DNA of 53,455 nt, from the NCBI GenBank assembly GCA_964546425.1, contig CAZJJW010000002.1, positions 1 to 53,455 of the forward strand, read 5' to 3'. The notes beneath the pieces were generated by a model that saw only the letters and a list, made by a program, of their open reading frames with translations, was not told the origin of the DNA and searched no databases. This document shows, one piece after another, positions 9,363 through 19,019 of this stretch (positions within the stretch are counted from its first letter, which is position 1; the number at the start of each line of letters is the position of its first letter). The stretch is from an uncultured Candidatus Saccharibacteria bacterium (lineage in GTDB: Bacteria > Patescibacteriota > Minisyncoccia > Phycocordibacterales > JACOZG01). The translations under genes and the position numbers were made by a program.

Positions 9363-11330
9363 TTAATTACTGGGATCCTCGCCTCTTTCTATCTGTTCGA
9401 TCCATCCCTTGCTCCAAAGATTAAACTCGTGGTTTAATTCCGCGGCTTGACGAAGCACTTTAATGGCCTCGTCTCTTTGTCCGAGCTTGAGGTGAGCGGC
9501 CGCCAAGGAGGCGGATAGTTGAAAATCTTGAGGATTATCAGCCAAACGTTGGCGCAATATGTCCGCCAACTTATCGATTTGGTTTGTTTCCAAATATACT
9601 CCCCCAAGCTTAATGAGCGTGGCTTGTCGGTGAGGAGATAGGATTCTAGCTTGTTCGAGTAGCTTTAGTGCCGTCGCTTTTTTTTCTTGACTATGCCACA
9701 ACAATCCAGCGAGATAAAAAACTTGAGGATCATTTGGACTTTCGGTCATTTGCTTAGCCATCTCTCCTATCGCTAGGTTGTAGAAGTCACGTTTCAAGCT
9801 TGCTTTAGCCTGAGCCAGTCGTTCCGGTTCTAGCACTATCACCGCTAATTGACGGCGAATTTCTGGTACCCCGAAGCCGTTTTGGTTTAAGGCCCGCCCA
9901 AAAGCTTGGTAACTTTTTTCCGGGTTATTGGGTAACGATTTGATTCCGGTCGCGAAACTTTGGGCTGCAACTATGGCTTTGGCATTAAGGAGGTAGGCCA
10001 AAATTAGGGTTAGTAAGACAACCGGCCCAATTATCCAGCTTGGGAATTTAATCCCCATCGTTGGCTTGTTTTCGTTCCCAGAATCAATAAAGGCGAGCAC
10101 AACAAAAAAGATCAAATAAGTTGCCAGACTGTCAAAAGTCAAAAGGTTATTAACAAAACTGGCGGTCAGTAAACCGGTCATCAAGTATCTTTCGCTGTTG
10201 GGAAAAGCTTTTGTCGGCCGCCAAAGCAACCAGAAAGCTATTGTGTAGATTGATAAGTAAAAAATCAGACCAATTATCCCTCCCGCCACCAGCCAATCGA
10301 GAACAATATTGTGGGCCCGATCGGAATAGGTTTCTTGGCTGTCATCATACGCCGGGAGATAATACTTATGAAAAACCGAATAATAATTTTCTTGCCCCCA
10401 TCCTAGAATTGGCCGTTCCTTAAAACCCGCCCAAGCCATTTGCCAAAGGTAGTAACGGTTTTGGTGTTTAAAATTTTCCCAAGAAGCATTACTTAGTCGC
10501 TCAAGCGTGACGTTAGCTTTCGTCAAAGGATTATTCCGAGATATGATTATCCCCACAACAAGAATCACTATTATTCCTATTGCGACAATAGCACTTCGCC
10601 GCCAAACCGTTCGCCGCTCCTTTATTGAAATTAAAGTAGCGACAGTAAAAATTCCGATGACAAGGGCGATCAAAGCGCTGCGGGTGGCGGTAAAATAGAT
10701 GACGATTAAATATAAGCTGGTCATTAAACCATAGAATGACCAAGCCATCCAGGAATTTCGTTTGCGCCAGAATTCCGTTAGGGCCAAGAAAACCAAGGGG
10801 ACCAGATACGAGGCCAAAAAACCGGCATTACCAAAAGTTCCATCCAGGCGATTCTCCGCAATATCCCGGTAAACAGGAATAATTCTTGCTAGTTGCCCTA
10901 GGGCCACTAGCACCACGAGACTGCTTCCGAGAATGAAAGCCAAGAAAAAATTACTCCACATCCTCCTTCCCCTTAGAACAGAGCCCGCAATCACAAAGTA
11001 AAAGAATAAGTGGGCTAACATAATCCATCCCTCCATCCGGCCAAAATTGCCCCAAAAACTCAAGTCGGGGTTTACACCCAGCAGATTACTCAAAGCAATC
11101 AGGACCAGAAAAGTTGCCCCGGCTAATTTTAATTGAGTGAGTTTTGGTCGGTATTGCGGCGCGATTAAAATGAGACCCAGCCAAGCGCCGGCTGTTAATT
11201 CAACCAAGATGCGGAAAACGAAAGCCTTGCCCGTAACGAACGGCATCGCCAGAAAGGGGGTAACAATTACCGGTACGAATGATACCGCGAATATACCACC
11301 CAGGACAATTCCGCTGAGGATTCTCCGCAT
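9363..11330 (-). CDS. O-antigen ligase/polymerase-like (Wzy_C) membrane protein fused to C-terminal TPR repeats
   Basis: Polytopic membrane protein with the Wzy_C loop DRAHNIVLDWLVAGGIIGL. Last ~170 aa are TPR-like. Start placed at ATG 11330 (MRRILSG); ORF open to 11348. Paralogue of 45776..47860. Confidence 0.75.
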   Translation of the reverse strand: MRRILSGIVLGGIFAVSFVPVIVTPFLAMPFVTGKAFVFRILVELTAGAWLGLILIAPQYRPKLTQLKLAGATFLVLIALSNLLGVNPDLSFWGNFGRMEGWIMLAHLFFYFVIAGSVLRGRRMWSNFFLAFILGSSLVVLVALGQLARIIPVYRDIAENRLDGTFGNAGFLASYLVPLVFLALTEFWRKRNSWMAWSFYGLMTSLYLIVIYFTATRSALIALVIGIFTVATLISIKERRTVWRRSAIVAIGIIVILVVGIIISRNNPLTKANVTLERLSNASWENFKHQNRYYLWQMAWAGFKERPILGWGQENYYSVFHKYYLPAYDDSQETYSDRAHNIVLDWLVAGGIIGLIFYLSIYTIAFWLLWRPTKAFPNSERYLMTGLLTASFVNNLLTFDSLATYLIFFVVLAFIDSGNENKPTMGIKFPSWIIGPVVLLTLILAYLLNAKAIVAAQSFATGIKSLPNNPEKSYQAFGRALNQNGFGVPEIRRQLAVIVLEPERLAQAKASLKRDFYNLAIGEMAKQMTESPNDPQVFYLAGLLWHSQEKKATALKLLEQARILSPHRQATLIKLGGVYLETNQIDKLADILRQRLADNPQDFQLSASLAAAHLKLGQRDEAIKVLRQAAELNHEFNLWSKGWIEQIERGEDPSN

Positions 11331-11367
11331 TGACAGATAGTAACACAACTGATTGAATAGTAAAAAA

Positions 11368-12699
11368 ATGAAAGAAGTTTCAGTTGTGGGATTGGGGAAA
11401 CTAGGGGCCTGCTTGGCTACCTGTTTAGCCTTCCGCGGCTATGAAGTCTTGAGCCACGACAAAAATCCGGCCCGAGTAAACCTGATAAATAATGGTCAAG
11501 CGCCAGTGGTTGAACCCCGACTCCAAGAACTAATTGATCGAGTCGGTCCGAAACTTCAGGCGACCGCCAACCCATCTGAAGTTATTAAAAATTCGCACAT
11601 CACTTTTATTGTCCTCCCCACACCGTCTACCAAGAGGGGTGATTTTTCTGATCGTTATCTTCAGGATTTTTTTCAAGCCAGCGCTCCTAGCCTGAAGCAG
11701 AAAAAGGGTTATCATCTTTTTGTGATTACTTCCACTGTTTCTCCAGGAACCACAACTAATCACCTAATTCCTCTAATTGAACGTCTGTCCGAGAAGAAAA
11801 TTAATAATGACTTTGGTCTTTGTTATAATCCGGAGTTTATCGCTCTGGGCAATGTGGTTAACGATATGCTTAAGCCTGATCTGGTTTTAATTGGTGAGAG
11901 CGATAAGGGGGCGGGGGATCGGTTGGCCAAAGTTTACCTCCAGCTTTGTGAAAACTCTCCCCCGATTGCTCGCATGTCAATTGCCGGCGCTGAAATTGCT
12001 AAAATTTCTCTCAATGCTTATGTGACGATGAAAATTAGCTTCGCCAACACTTTGGGCAATATCTGTGAGCGGGTACCGGGGGCTGATGTCGACGCCATAA
12101 CAGCGGCCTTGGGGGCAGATAAAAGAATTTCTCCTTACTATCTAAAATCGGGGGCCGCTTTCGGCGGACCCTGCTTTCCGCGAGATAGCAAAGCTTTCAG
12201 CGTTTTTACTAAACAACTTGGTCTTGAAGCTAAATTGTCCGAGGCGACGGAGAGGGTTAATCATGGCCAGGTCAAAAATTTGTTAAATAAGATCGAGCAG
12301 GCCATCAAGGAAGTATCTAACCCGTCGATTTCTTTACTCGGTCTGGCCTATAAAACCAAAACGCCGGTAGTCGAGGAGTCGATCACTCTAGCGATAATTA
12401 GGTTCTTACTCAAGCAACACCCGAGAATAAAAATATCCGTTTACGATCCCTTGGCGATGTCAACAACCCGAGAGATCTTTGGTGATAAAATCAATTACGC
12501 TGCCTCGATGGCCGAATGTTTAAGTCAATCTTCACTTTGGGTTGTGGTTACTACTGAACCGGAGTTTCAAACGATAAGTAGAAAGCATCTTAAGCGAAAG
12601 CCCACGACCATAATAGATTGCTGGCGAATATTAGATCAGGACAAATTGGGGGCTGGATTTAAGTACCATGCGCTTGGCCGAAATGATCCAAACAATTGA
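11368..12699 (+). CDS. Nucleotide-sugar 6-dehydrogenase (UDP-glucose/GDP-mannose dehydrogenase family)
   Basis: VSVVGLGKLGACLA NAD fingerprint and catalytic-Cys box GGPCFPRDSKAF. Start placed at ATG 11368 (the track starts at TTG 11353). Confidence 0.85.
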   Translation: MKEVSVVGLGKLGACLATCLAFRGYEVLSHDKNPARVNLINNGQAPVVEPRLQELIDRVGPKLQATANPSEVIKNSHITFIVLPTPSTKRGDFSDRYLQDFFQASAPSLKQKKGYHLFVITSTVSPGTTTNHLIPLIERLSEKKINNDFGLCYNPEFIALGNVVNDMLKPDLVLIGESDKGAGDRLAKVYLQLCENSPPIARMSIAGAEIAKISLNAYVTMKISFANTLGNICERVPGADVDAITAALGADKRISPYYLKSGAAFGGPCFPRDSKAFSVFTKQLGLEAKLSEATERVNHGQVKNLLNKIEQAIKEVSNPSISLLGLAYKTKTPVVEESITLAIIRFLLKQHPRIKISVYDPLAMSTTREIFGDKINYAASMAECLSQSSLWVVVTTEPEFQTISRKHLKRKPTTIIDCWRILDQDKLGAGFKYHALGRNDPNN

Positions 12700-13429
12700 A
12701 ACGGTGCGTCAGTATTGGGATAGACAGCCCTGCAACAGTACAGATTTCACGCCGGATAAATATCAGCTTGAGCCGCATATTCCCGGTTTTGCTCAATTCA
12801 ATCGCTGGACAGGAAAAAAGGTTCTGGAGATTGGCGTTGGCATTGGTTATGACGCAAGCAATTTTGCCCGCGCGGGGGCTTATTATACCGGTGTTGATTT
12901 GTCGGAGAAAAGTCTGGAGCTTTGTCGGAAAAGATTTGAGGTCTACGGTCTGGGGGGCCGTTTTTATCATGGTAATGCCGAAACGTTAAGCTCTTTTCTT
13001 CCGGTCGAATCATACGACCTAATTTACTCTTTTGGCGTGATTCATCACACGCCTCATCCAGAAAAAGTTTTTGAGGAGATAAAAAAATATTGTTCGCCGG
13101 ATACAGAAATAAGAATCATGCTCTATGCTAGATGGTCTTGGAAAGTTCTGCGGATAATTTTGGTTCAGGGGCGCGGAGCGTTTTGGAAAAGGGATGAACT
13201 TGTCCGAAACTATTCTGAAGCGCAAGCCAACTGTCCGGTGGTTAATATTTATTCTTTCGGTGAGATTAGGCGATTGTTGCGGGACTTAGAAATCATTGAG
13301 ATGAAGAAAGATTATCTCTCGCTGTGGGGCCGAGAAAAAGGCTTAATTGAACGATTACCCAGATTCTTTCGCCAATGGCTCGCGCGTTGGTTGGGGTGGA
13401 ATATCCTGATTGTGGCGAGACTTAAATGA
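12668..13429 (+). CDS. Class I SAM-dependent methyltransferase
   Basis: Motif I VLEIGVGIGYDA, post-I GVDLSEKSL. Overlaps the dehydrogenase 3' end by 32 nt (alternative ATG 12683). Confidence 0.8.
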   Translation: MRLAEMIQTIETVRQYWDRQPCNSTDFTPDKYQLEPHIPGFAQFNRWTGKKVLEIGVGIGYDASNFARAGAYYTGVDLSEKSLELCRKRFEVYGLGGRFYHGNAETLSSFLPVESYDLIYSFGVIHHTPHPEKVFEEIKKYCSPDTEIRIMLYARWSWKVLRIILVQGRGAFWKRDELVRNYSEAQANCPVVNIYSFGEIRRLLRDLEIIEMKKDYLSLWGREKGLIERLPRFFRQWLARWLGWNILIVARLK

Positions 13430-14618
13430 GATCTAAGTAGCGGCGTGTAAGAGTTTGACGGGCGCATTTTTCAACCAAAACCCGGCGGCTGTTCTGGCCG
13501 AGGCGTCGGCGCAAATCTTGGTTTTGCTTGAGGTTTTTGACGGCCGTGGCCAACTCGGCCCCACTTTCGGCCACCATTCCCGTCTCATTTTCTAAAATCA
13601 GCCGCCCAAGTTCGCCGGTTCGCTCCGTGATGGCAATAATCGGCCGGCCGGAAGCAAGTGAACTGTACACCTTGCCAGGGAAACCAAAGCTCTCCATGCC
13701 GGGTTTTAAACTCACCAAGTGGCAATCGGCGGTGGCTAATAATTTATTGTAATCTGCTCGGGCGACATAACTCATGAAATCAACATTCGGCAATTGTTTT
13801 TGTCGGACAATCTCTTGTAATCGCTTTTTGTTGCCACCCTCGCCGACCAGCAAGAAAATAATCTCGTTATTTTCTCTCAACAATTCTGCCGCTTCAACAA
13901 CCGGGTCGAAATCTTGGAACAAGCCAATATTGCCAGAATAGAGCACCACAAACTTACCATGGTAACCGCTGACTCGCGACCAGGGATTATCTTTGGAAAA
14001 AGGGAAAATCTCTTCCGGATCCTCCCAGTTGGTGATTACTATCGTTTTCTTCGCTGCCTCGGGATAGGAAATTTCTAAATATTGCCGCATCGAATTGCTA
14101 AGGACAACAACCTGCTCCAGGTAATCTAAACTCCACCGATTAAGCCAACGCATCGCGCACACTAAAATAGAGGATGGCCGGATTATGCCCAAATGCACGG
14201 CTAGATCGGGATAAATATCCTGCCAGATATAGTACACTCTTTTGCTAAACAATCTATTGACCACAGCGCCCAGACCGATTGTGGTGGGAACGGTTGAAAC
14301 CATGATGATCTTGTCAGCCCAGCGAAAAAGCCAAAAGTGAAGTAGCGACGCCAGCGGGAAAGAGAAATAATTAACAATTCTACCCAATCTGAAATCTTTA
14401 TTGAAATAAAGGTGGTGAATTCTTTTTACTTTAACCTTGCTCTGGTATTCTCCGTAACTACCGCGAGTAAAAAATTTAGTGCGACCGGCCATAATCAAGA
14501 CCTCCCGGCCGGAGATCTGTAGATCTTCAGCCAATTTTTCCATGACCCAGCCGGTACCCGCCGAATCCGGCGGAAAATATTGGGTAATCAGTAAAATTTT
14601 TTCTTTAGCCGCGGCCAT
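13422..14618 (-). CDS. Glycosyltransferase, GT4 family (WcaI-like)
   Basis: KILLITQYFPPDSAGTG N-terminus and C-terminal GFPGKVYSSLASGRPIIA region. The 3' end overlaps the convergent methyltransferase by 8 nt. Confidence 0.85.
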   Translation of the reverse strand: MAAAKEKILLITQYFPPDSAGTGWVMEKLAEDLQISGREVLIMAGRTKFFTRGSYGEYQSKVKVKRIHHLYFNKDFRLGRIVNYFSFPLASLLHFWLFRWADKIIMVSTVPTTIGLGAVVNRLFSKRVYYIWQDIYPDLAVHLGIIRPSSILVCAMRWLNRWSLDYLEQVVVLSNSMRQYLEISYPEAAKKTIVITNWEDPEEIFPFSKDNPWSRVSGYHGKFVVLYSGNIGLFQDFDPVVEAAELLRENNEIIFLLVGEGGNKKRLQEIVRQKQLPNVDFMSYVARADYNKLLATADCHLVSLKPGMESFGFPGKVYSSLASGRPIIAITERTGELGRLILENETGMVAESGAELATAVKNLKQNQDLRRRLGQNSRRVLVEKCARQTLTRRYLDLI

Positions 14619-15540
14619 AGATTAACCGTTTGATGAGTAGACGACCGTAAAGATAAACATTGCTAAGAAACCAGGCCCAGTAACCTCGCCGGAGGGCCAA
14701 CCAGAAACTTTGGTAAAGAAACTTGTTCCAAACAATACTTCGCCAGTTGCCCGTCAGACCATAATGAGCCGCCGCCGCCCAGAATAGGAGGCCAACCTGG
14801 GCCCGATCTCTGAGGGCGCGAATTCGAGGAGAAGTGCGGGGGGAATTAAAAACTCTTTCCAGGACCATTTTTTTAGCTTCATAAAAGCGTTTGGCCGTTT
14901 TAGGTATTCCCCCCTCAAACAAGTTACCTGAAAGGTGGCGATAACAGGAAACAAAGCCGGGCACATGTTTTATCGGGAACTCTAGTCCAAGCCTAACCCA
15001 CATTTCAAAATCGGGGCAACTGTCGAGGTATTTGTCGGCATAGAAACCGACTTGCTCTAGAGCCCGGCGTCTGATGAACGAAGCTTGAGCCGGAGGCACT
15101 AATTCCAGGCACAGCAGTTTACCAAAGTTATACGGTGGAGCCAGAAATTTATCAATAATCTGTCCATTTTCGTTCATAAGGTATTCGTCGCCATAAATAG
15201 CTCCCGCTTCTGGAAATTTAGCCAAATTTTCCACGGCCCAAGAACAGGCCTTGGGGAGCAAGGCGTCATCGGCATTGAGGGCCAACAGGGCATCTCCTCG
15301 CGCCCTCTGAATGGCTCGGTTTAACCCATCGGCTTGACCGCGATCCGGCGCGGACCGGAATCTTATTCGCCTTGGATATTTTTCCGCGTATTCTTGGATG
15401 ATTTCAACCGTTCCATCAGTCGAGGCACCATCCTGGATGATATGTTCCACCATCGGGTAATCTTGAGCCAGGACGCTCTCGAGACATTCCCGGATAAAGC
15501 GAGCGCTATTAAAGCATGGTGTAACGATGGAAATTAGCAT
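14605..15540 (-). CDS. Glycosyltransferase, GT2 family
   Basis: MLISIVTPCFNSARFIRECLESVLAQDY...IIQDGASTDGT, DAD motif in LNADDALL. Confidence 0.85.
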   Translation of the reverse strand: MLISIVTPCFNSARFIRECLESVLAQDYPMVEHIIQDGASTDGTVEIIQEYAEKYPRRIRFRSAPDRGQADGLNRAIQRARGDALLALNADDALLPKACSWAVENLAKFPEAGAIYGDEYLMNENGQIIDKFLAPPYNFGKLLCLELVPPAQASFIRRRALEQVGFYADKYLDSCPDFEMWVRLGLEFPIKHVPGFVSCYRHLSGNLFEGGIPKTAKRFYEAKKMVLERVFNSPRTSPRIRALRDRAQVGLLFWAAAAHYGLTGNWRSIVWNKFLYQSFWLALRRGYWAWFLSNVYLYGRLLIKRLIYGRG

Positions 15541-16459
15541 CTTTTTCAGCCGGAACGGCGATTATATTCTTGGCGCTAGGATTATCATAATCACGAAAAA
15601 TTTCGGGTCGGCCGGTGTTTGGACTAAAAGTGTATAATCCATATGATCGACTTTTAAAAAAGCCAAGGATATCTTTGGCCGAATTCCCTAAGTTCCTTAG
15701 CGAGCGATCGAACAACTCGGTCAGGATCAATGGCCGGTAGGTTTCGATTATCTGGTCTGCCCCCCGCAGAACTAAGAACTCGGATCCCTCGCTGTCAATC
15801 TTGATCAAGTTGACTTTCTCTATTTTCTCACACTTGACCAAATTGTCCAAGGTGTCCACGGCCACCCTTTCTTTTCCTTTTAGCCCTGTTTGGTAAACGA
15901 AGCGGCCGAAAGTATTATGGCCCTCGTGGTATTCCTCGGCGATCAAAAGTTCCGCTTCACCGGAGTGGTCAGATAGACCAAGCTGGTAGACCCGGACGTT
16001 GGGATAGTGGTTGAGCAAGAGATTTTTGTAAATTTTGGCCACTTCCCGTCGGCTTGGCTCGATCGCCAAAACTTGGCCCTGGCCGCCGACCAATCTGGAC
16101 GCGAACAGGCTAAACCAACCATTATTGGCACCGACGTCAATGAAGGTCATGCCCGGTTTCAGGTATTGCTCAAGGAAGTAAAATTCATTGGGCTCATAGA
16201 CACCCTCGACGTACAGACAGCGGGACAATTCAGAGCTTGGACGGACGAGTATATTAATTTTTTTTACCCATTTGATTTTTAGATTGCTGTCGGGGTACCT
16301 TCTTTCTAGCCGCTCCCAGATCCTTTTGAGTTGCCTGCGATAAAGCCCGAGCCTCCGCTCGTTTTCCAGCATACCGATATACCACCCCGGGATCGGTTGC
16401 AATTTCTGTGGCCGGTAAACCAATTCGGCAAATTTAATAAACACGAATAAGGTTGTCAT
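15509..16459 (-). CDS. FkbM-family methyltransferase
   Basis: TFIDVGANNGWFSLFASRL...VLAIEPSRRE. The track ORF runs to 16603 but would overlap the upstream gene by 170 nt. ATG 16459 (or 16372) is more plausible; the exact start is uncertain. Confidence 0.7.
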   Translation of the reverse strand: MTTLFVFIKFAELVYRPQKLQPIPGWYIGMLENERRLGLYRRQLKRIWERLERRYPDSNLKIKWVKKINILVRPSSELSRCLYVEGVYEPNEFYFLEQYLKPGMTFIDVGANNGWFSLFASRLVGGQGQVLAIEPSRREVAKIYKNLLLNHYPNVRVYQLGLSDHSGEAELLIAEEYHEGHNTFGRFVYQTGLKGKERVAVDTLDNLVKCEKIEKVNLIKIDSEGSEFLVLRGADQIIETYRPLILTELFDRSLRNLGNSAKDILGFFKSRSYGLYTFSPNTGRPEIFRDYDNPSAKNIIAVPAEKDANFHRYTML

Positions 16460-17150
16460 TCGCGAGTAGATAGTCTTTGGTGGCAATGAAAATTTGCCGG
16501 ATATTATGGCCATTTTTTTGATAGGACAAATCCCCCTGGAATTTAAATTCGAAATCTTGATGATTTGGCAGATACTTAGGCAAATAAACGTGCTTAAAGC
16601 CATTAAATTTCAATAGGGAGACAACCAAAGACGGTGTTGGCCTTGACCCTAGACCGCGCAAGGCCTGGCTATAAGTCCCCGTTTCCTCAATGTAGCGAAG
16701 TAGCGGTTCCGGGTAGTCTGTGATGCAAGTTTCCAAGAGTATCAGCTCTTGGCAAATACCACTTAATTTTTCTATGACCAAGGCCGGATTTTCCGTATGG
16801 TAGAGCAGGCCGTAGCAAAAGACGACGTCAAATTCCCCGAATTTAGACAAATCGTCCTGCTCAACATCAGCCAAAGCGCATTTTAAACCGGGATATTTTT
16901 TCTTAAGCTCGGCGATGTTTTCCGGCCGGCCTTCTAATCCTAGAATGTCGCAATCCTGCTGGACAAAAAATTGAGCCAGATGGCCGACACCGCAACCGGT
17001 ATCAACCACTCTTTTGCCCGCTAGATTCAAGTTAAGTGACTTAAGATGATTCAGTCTGGCCAAATTAATATCCAAGGCCTCCTTTTTGTCGAAGGTTTCT
17101 GTTTTTTCTTGCGGACTGCGTTGGAATTGGTTGAAATCCAGTAGCTTCAT
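16434..17150 (-). CDS. Class I SAM-dependent methyltransferase
   Basis: Motif I VVDTGCGVGHLAQFF. Start placed at ATG 17150, which forms an ATGA overlap with the upstream stop (ORF open to 17177). Confidence 0.8.
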   Translation of the reverse strand: MKLLDFNQFQRSPQEKTETFDKKEALDINLARLNHLKSLNLNLAGKRVVDTGCGVGHLAQFFVQQDCDILGLEGRPENIAELKKKYPGLKCALADVEQDDLSKFGEFDVVFCYGLLYHTENPALVIEKLSGICQELILLETCITDYPEPLLRYIEETGTYSQALRGLGSRPTPSLVVSLLKFNGFKHVYLPKYLPNHQDFEFKFQGDLSYQKNGHNIRQIFIATKDYLLANDNLIRVY

Positions 17151-18115
17151 ATCGTGGAGGTTTGACTCGCGATCCAATTGTAAGTTTTGGCGAGTCCATC
17201 TTTAAGTTTAGAAGCGGGCGCCCAGCCAATTTTCTGCCGAATTAAATTATTGTCAGAATTTCGACCGCGCACCCCCAAGGGGCCCGACACATGCTTGATG
17301 GTTAACTTTTTGCCCGCAATTTTCATCACCATTTTCGCCAGTTCGTCGATGTTGACCATTTCTTCCGATCCAATATTGACCGGGCCGGTAAAATCAGAAG
17401 CCATTAACCGTCCGACTCCTTCTAGACACTCATCAATGTAAAGAAATGACCGCGTTTGCTGCCCATCGCCCCAAATCTCAATCTCGCCGCCATCGGAGGC
17501 TTCCGCTACCTTGCGGCAAAGGGCGGCCGGCGCCTTCTCTCGACCGCCGCGCCAGGTACCTTTGGGGCCGAAAATGTTGTGGAACCTGGCAATTCTGACG
17601 CCCAGACCGTAGTTTTTATAAAATGACAGATAAAGTCTCTCGCTGAAAAGTTTCTCCCAGCCGTACTCACTGTCGGGGTCGGCGGGGTAGGCCGATTCCT
17701 CGTGGCATTTTGGATTGTCGGGATCGCATTGGTTGTGCCGCGGGTAGACGCAGGCCGAGGAAGAATAAAAAATCTTTTTTGCCCCGGCCTGATGGCTAAA
17801 ACGGGCCACATTCAAATTGATCGTTGCCGAATTATGCATCAGATCGGCGTCATGATCACCCGTAAAAATATAACCCGCCCCGCCCATGTCAGCCGCCAGT
17901 TGGTAAACCTCGTCAAATGGCTGGTCTAAAACTGACCCGACTAGTCTTGGATCTCGCAAATCACCAAGAACAAACTCGTCGGCGGCCGTTTGGTCGAATT
18001 CCGGATATTTTAGATCCACCCCGCGGACCCAAGTATTCTCCCTTTTCAATTTGGCGATGAGATGATTACCGATAAAGCCACCGCCCCCGCAGACCAGAAT
18101 TTTCCTCCTTGCCAT
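17147..18115 (-). CDS. gme: GDP-mannose 3,5-epimerase
   Basis: Long blocks match plant/bacterial GME: LAADMGGAGYI, SSSACVYP, RFHNIFGPKGTWRGGREKAPAALCRK, WGDGQQTRSF.YIDEC.EGV, GVRGRNSDNNLI. Confidence 0.85.
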   Translation of the reverse strand: MARRKILVCGGGGFIGNHLIAKLKRENTWVRGVDLKYPEFDQTAADEFVLGDLRDPRLVGSVLDQPFDEVYQLAADMGGAGYIFTGDHDADLMHNSATINLNVARFSHQAGAKKIFYSSSACVYPRHNQCDPDNPKCHEESAYPADPDSEYGWEKLFSERLYLSFYKNYGLGVRIARFHNIFGPKGTWRGGREKAPAALCRKVAEASDGGEIEIWGDGQQTRSFLYIDECLEGVGRLMASDFTGPVNIGSEEMVNIDELAKMVMKIAGKKLTIKHVSGPLGVRGRNSDNNLIRQKIGWAPASKLKDGLAKTYNWIASQTSTI

Positions 18116-18154
18116 GGCCGAATATTACAACGATCGGCTCTTTAGCGCAATCAT

Positions 18155-18182
18155 TTGATAAAAATGGATAAATTAGTATAAT
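18155..18182 (+). promoter_or_regulatory. Sigma70-like promoter for the wzm-wzt operon
   Basis: TTGATA (18155-18160), 16-nt spacer, TATAAT (18177-18182). The -10 box overlaps ATG 18181, which argues for the downstream ATG 18202 as the start. Confidence 0.5.
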
Positions 18183-18201
18183 GGTCAAACCACTTGAACC
18201 A

Positions 18202-19017
18202 ATGACCACTGTTATCCAAGCCAAAAAGCCGCTAGCTTTAGAATTTTTCAAAGAACTCTGGTCTAGTAAGGAGCTCCTGTATTTTTTTACCTGGCGGGAT
18301 CTGAAAATCCGCTACAAGCAAACGGTTCTCGGTGTGATGTGGGCACTGTTTCAACCCTTTATCACCATGGTGATTTTCACTGTCTTCTTCGGCAAGTTTG
18401 GCAAAATTCCTTCCGACAACATTCCTTATCCGGTCTTCGTTTTTGCCGGCCTTCTCTTGTGGCAACTATTTTCCGCCACACTTCTCCAGGCGAGCGGCAG
18501 TTTGGTGGGAAACCAGAATTTGTTAACTAAGGTTTACTTTCCGCGGTTAATCTTGCCCATCTCATCGCTTTTCTCTAATCTGGTGGATTTTTTTATTGCC
18601 TCGAGCATCCTGGTGGGTTTGATGATTTATTACAGTTATATTCCCCACCTGATCGGATTAACCCTGGTGCCTTTGCTGGTGATCATCACATGCGTTTTTG
18701 CTGTCGGGCTAGGATTGTTTTTAGCTTCACTCAATGTTAAATATCGGGATATTAAATATATCCTTCCATTTTTTGTTCAGATTATGATATTTCTAACGCC
18801 GGTAATTTATCCACCGAGCATTCTGGGCAGGTACTCCTGGCTTTTGGCCATCAATCCGCTCACGGGCGTTATCAAAGCGATGCGAGCGGCATTATTTGGC
18901 GGCCAGCCAATTAACTGGTTGCTACTGTTTCTGTCTGGCTCGACGTCGTTGGTCGTTCTCTTATTTGGCTTCATCTATTTTAAGCGAACGGAAAGGCAAT
19001 TTGCTGACCTAATTTAA
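18202..19017 (+). CDS. wzm: ABC-2 type polysaccharide export permease (Wzm/TagG family)
   Basis: ELLYFFTWRDLKIRYKQTVLGVMWALFQP signature and six TM helices. Alternative start at 18181. Confidence 0.8.
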   Translation: MTTVIQAKKPLALEFFKELWSSKELLYFFTWRDLKIRYKQTVLGVMWALFQPFITMVIFTVFFGKFGKIPSDNIPYPVFVFAGLLLWQLFSATLLQASGSLVGNQNLLTKVYFPRLILPISSLFSNLVDFFIASSILVGLMIYYSYIPHLIGLTLVPLLVIITCVFAVGLGLFLASLNVKYRDIKYILPFFVQIMIFLTPVIYPPSILGRYSWLLAINPLTGVIKAMRAALFGGQPINWLLLFLSGSTSLVVLLFGFIYFKRTERQFADLI

Positions 19018-19019
19018 TC

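Noticed and set aside
15509-16603. Full-length 364-aa version of the FkbM methyltransferase ORF
   Set aside because: It would overlap the upstream methyltransferase by 170 nt, and the extra N-terminus (MALSTFICLSICQIIKIS...) looks non-genuine. An internal ATG was preferred.
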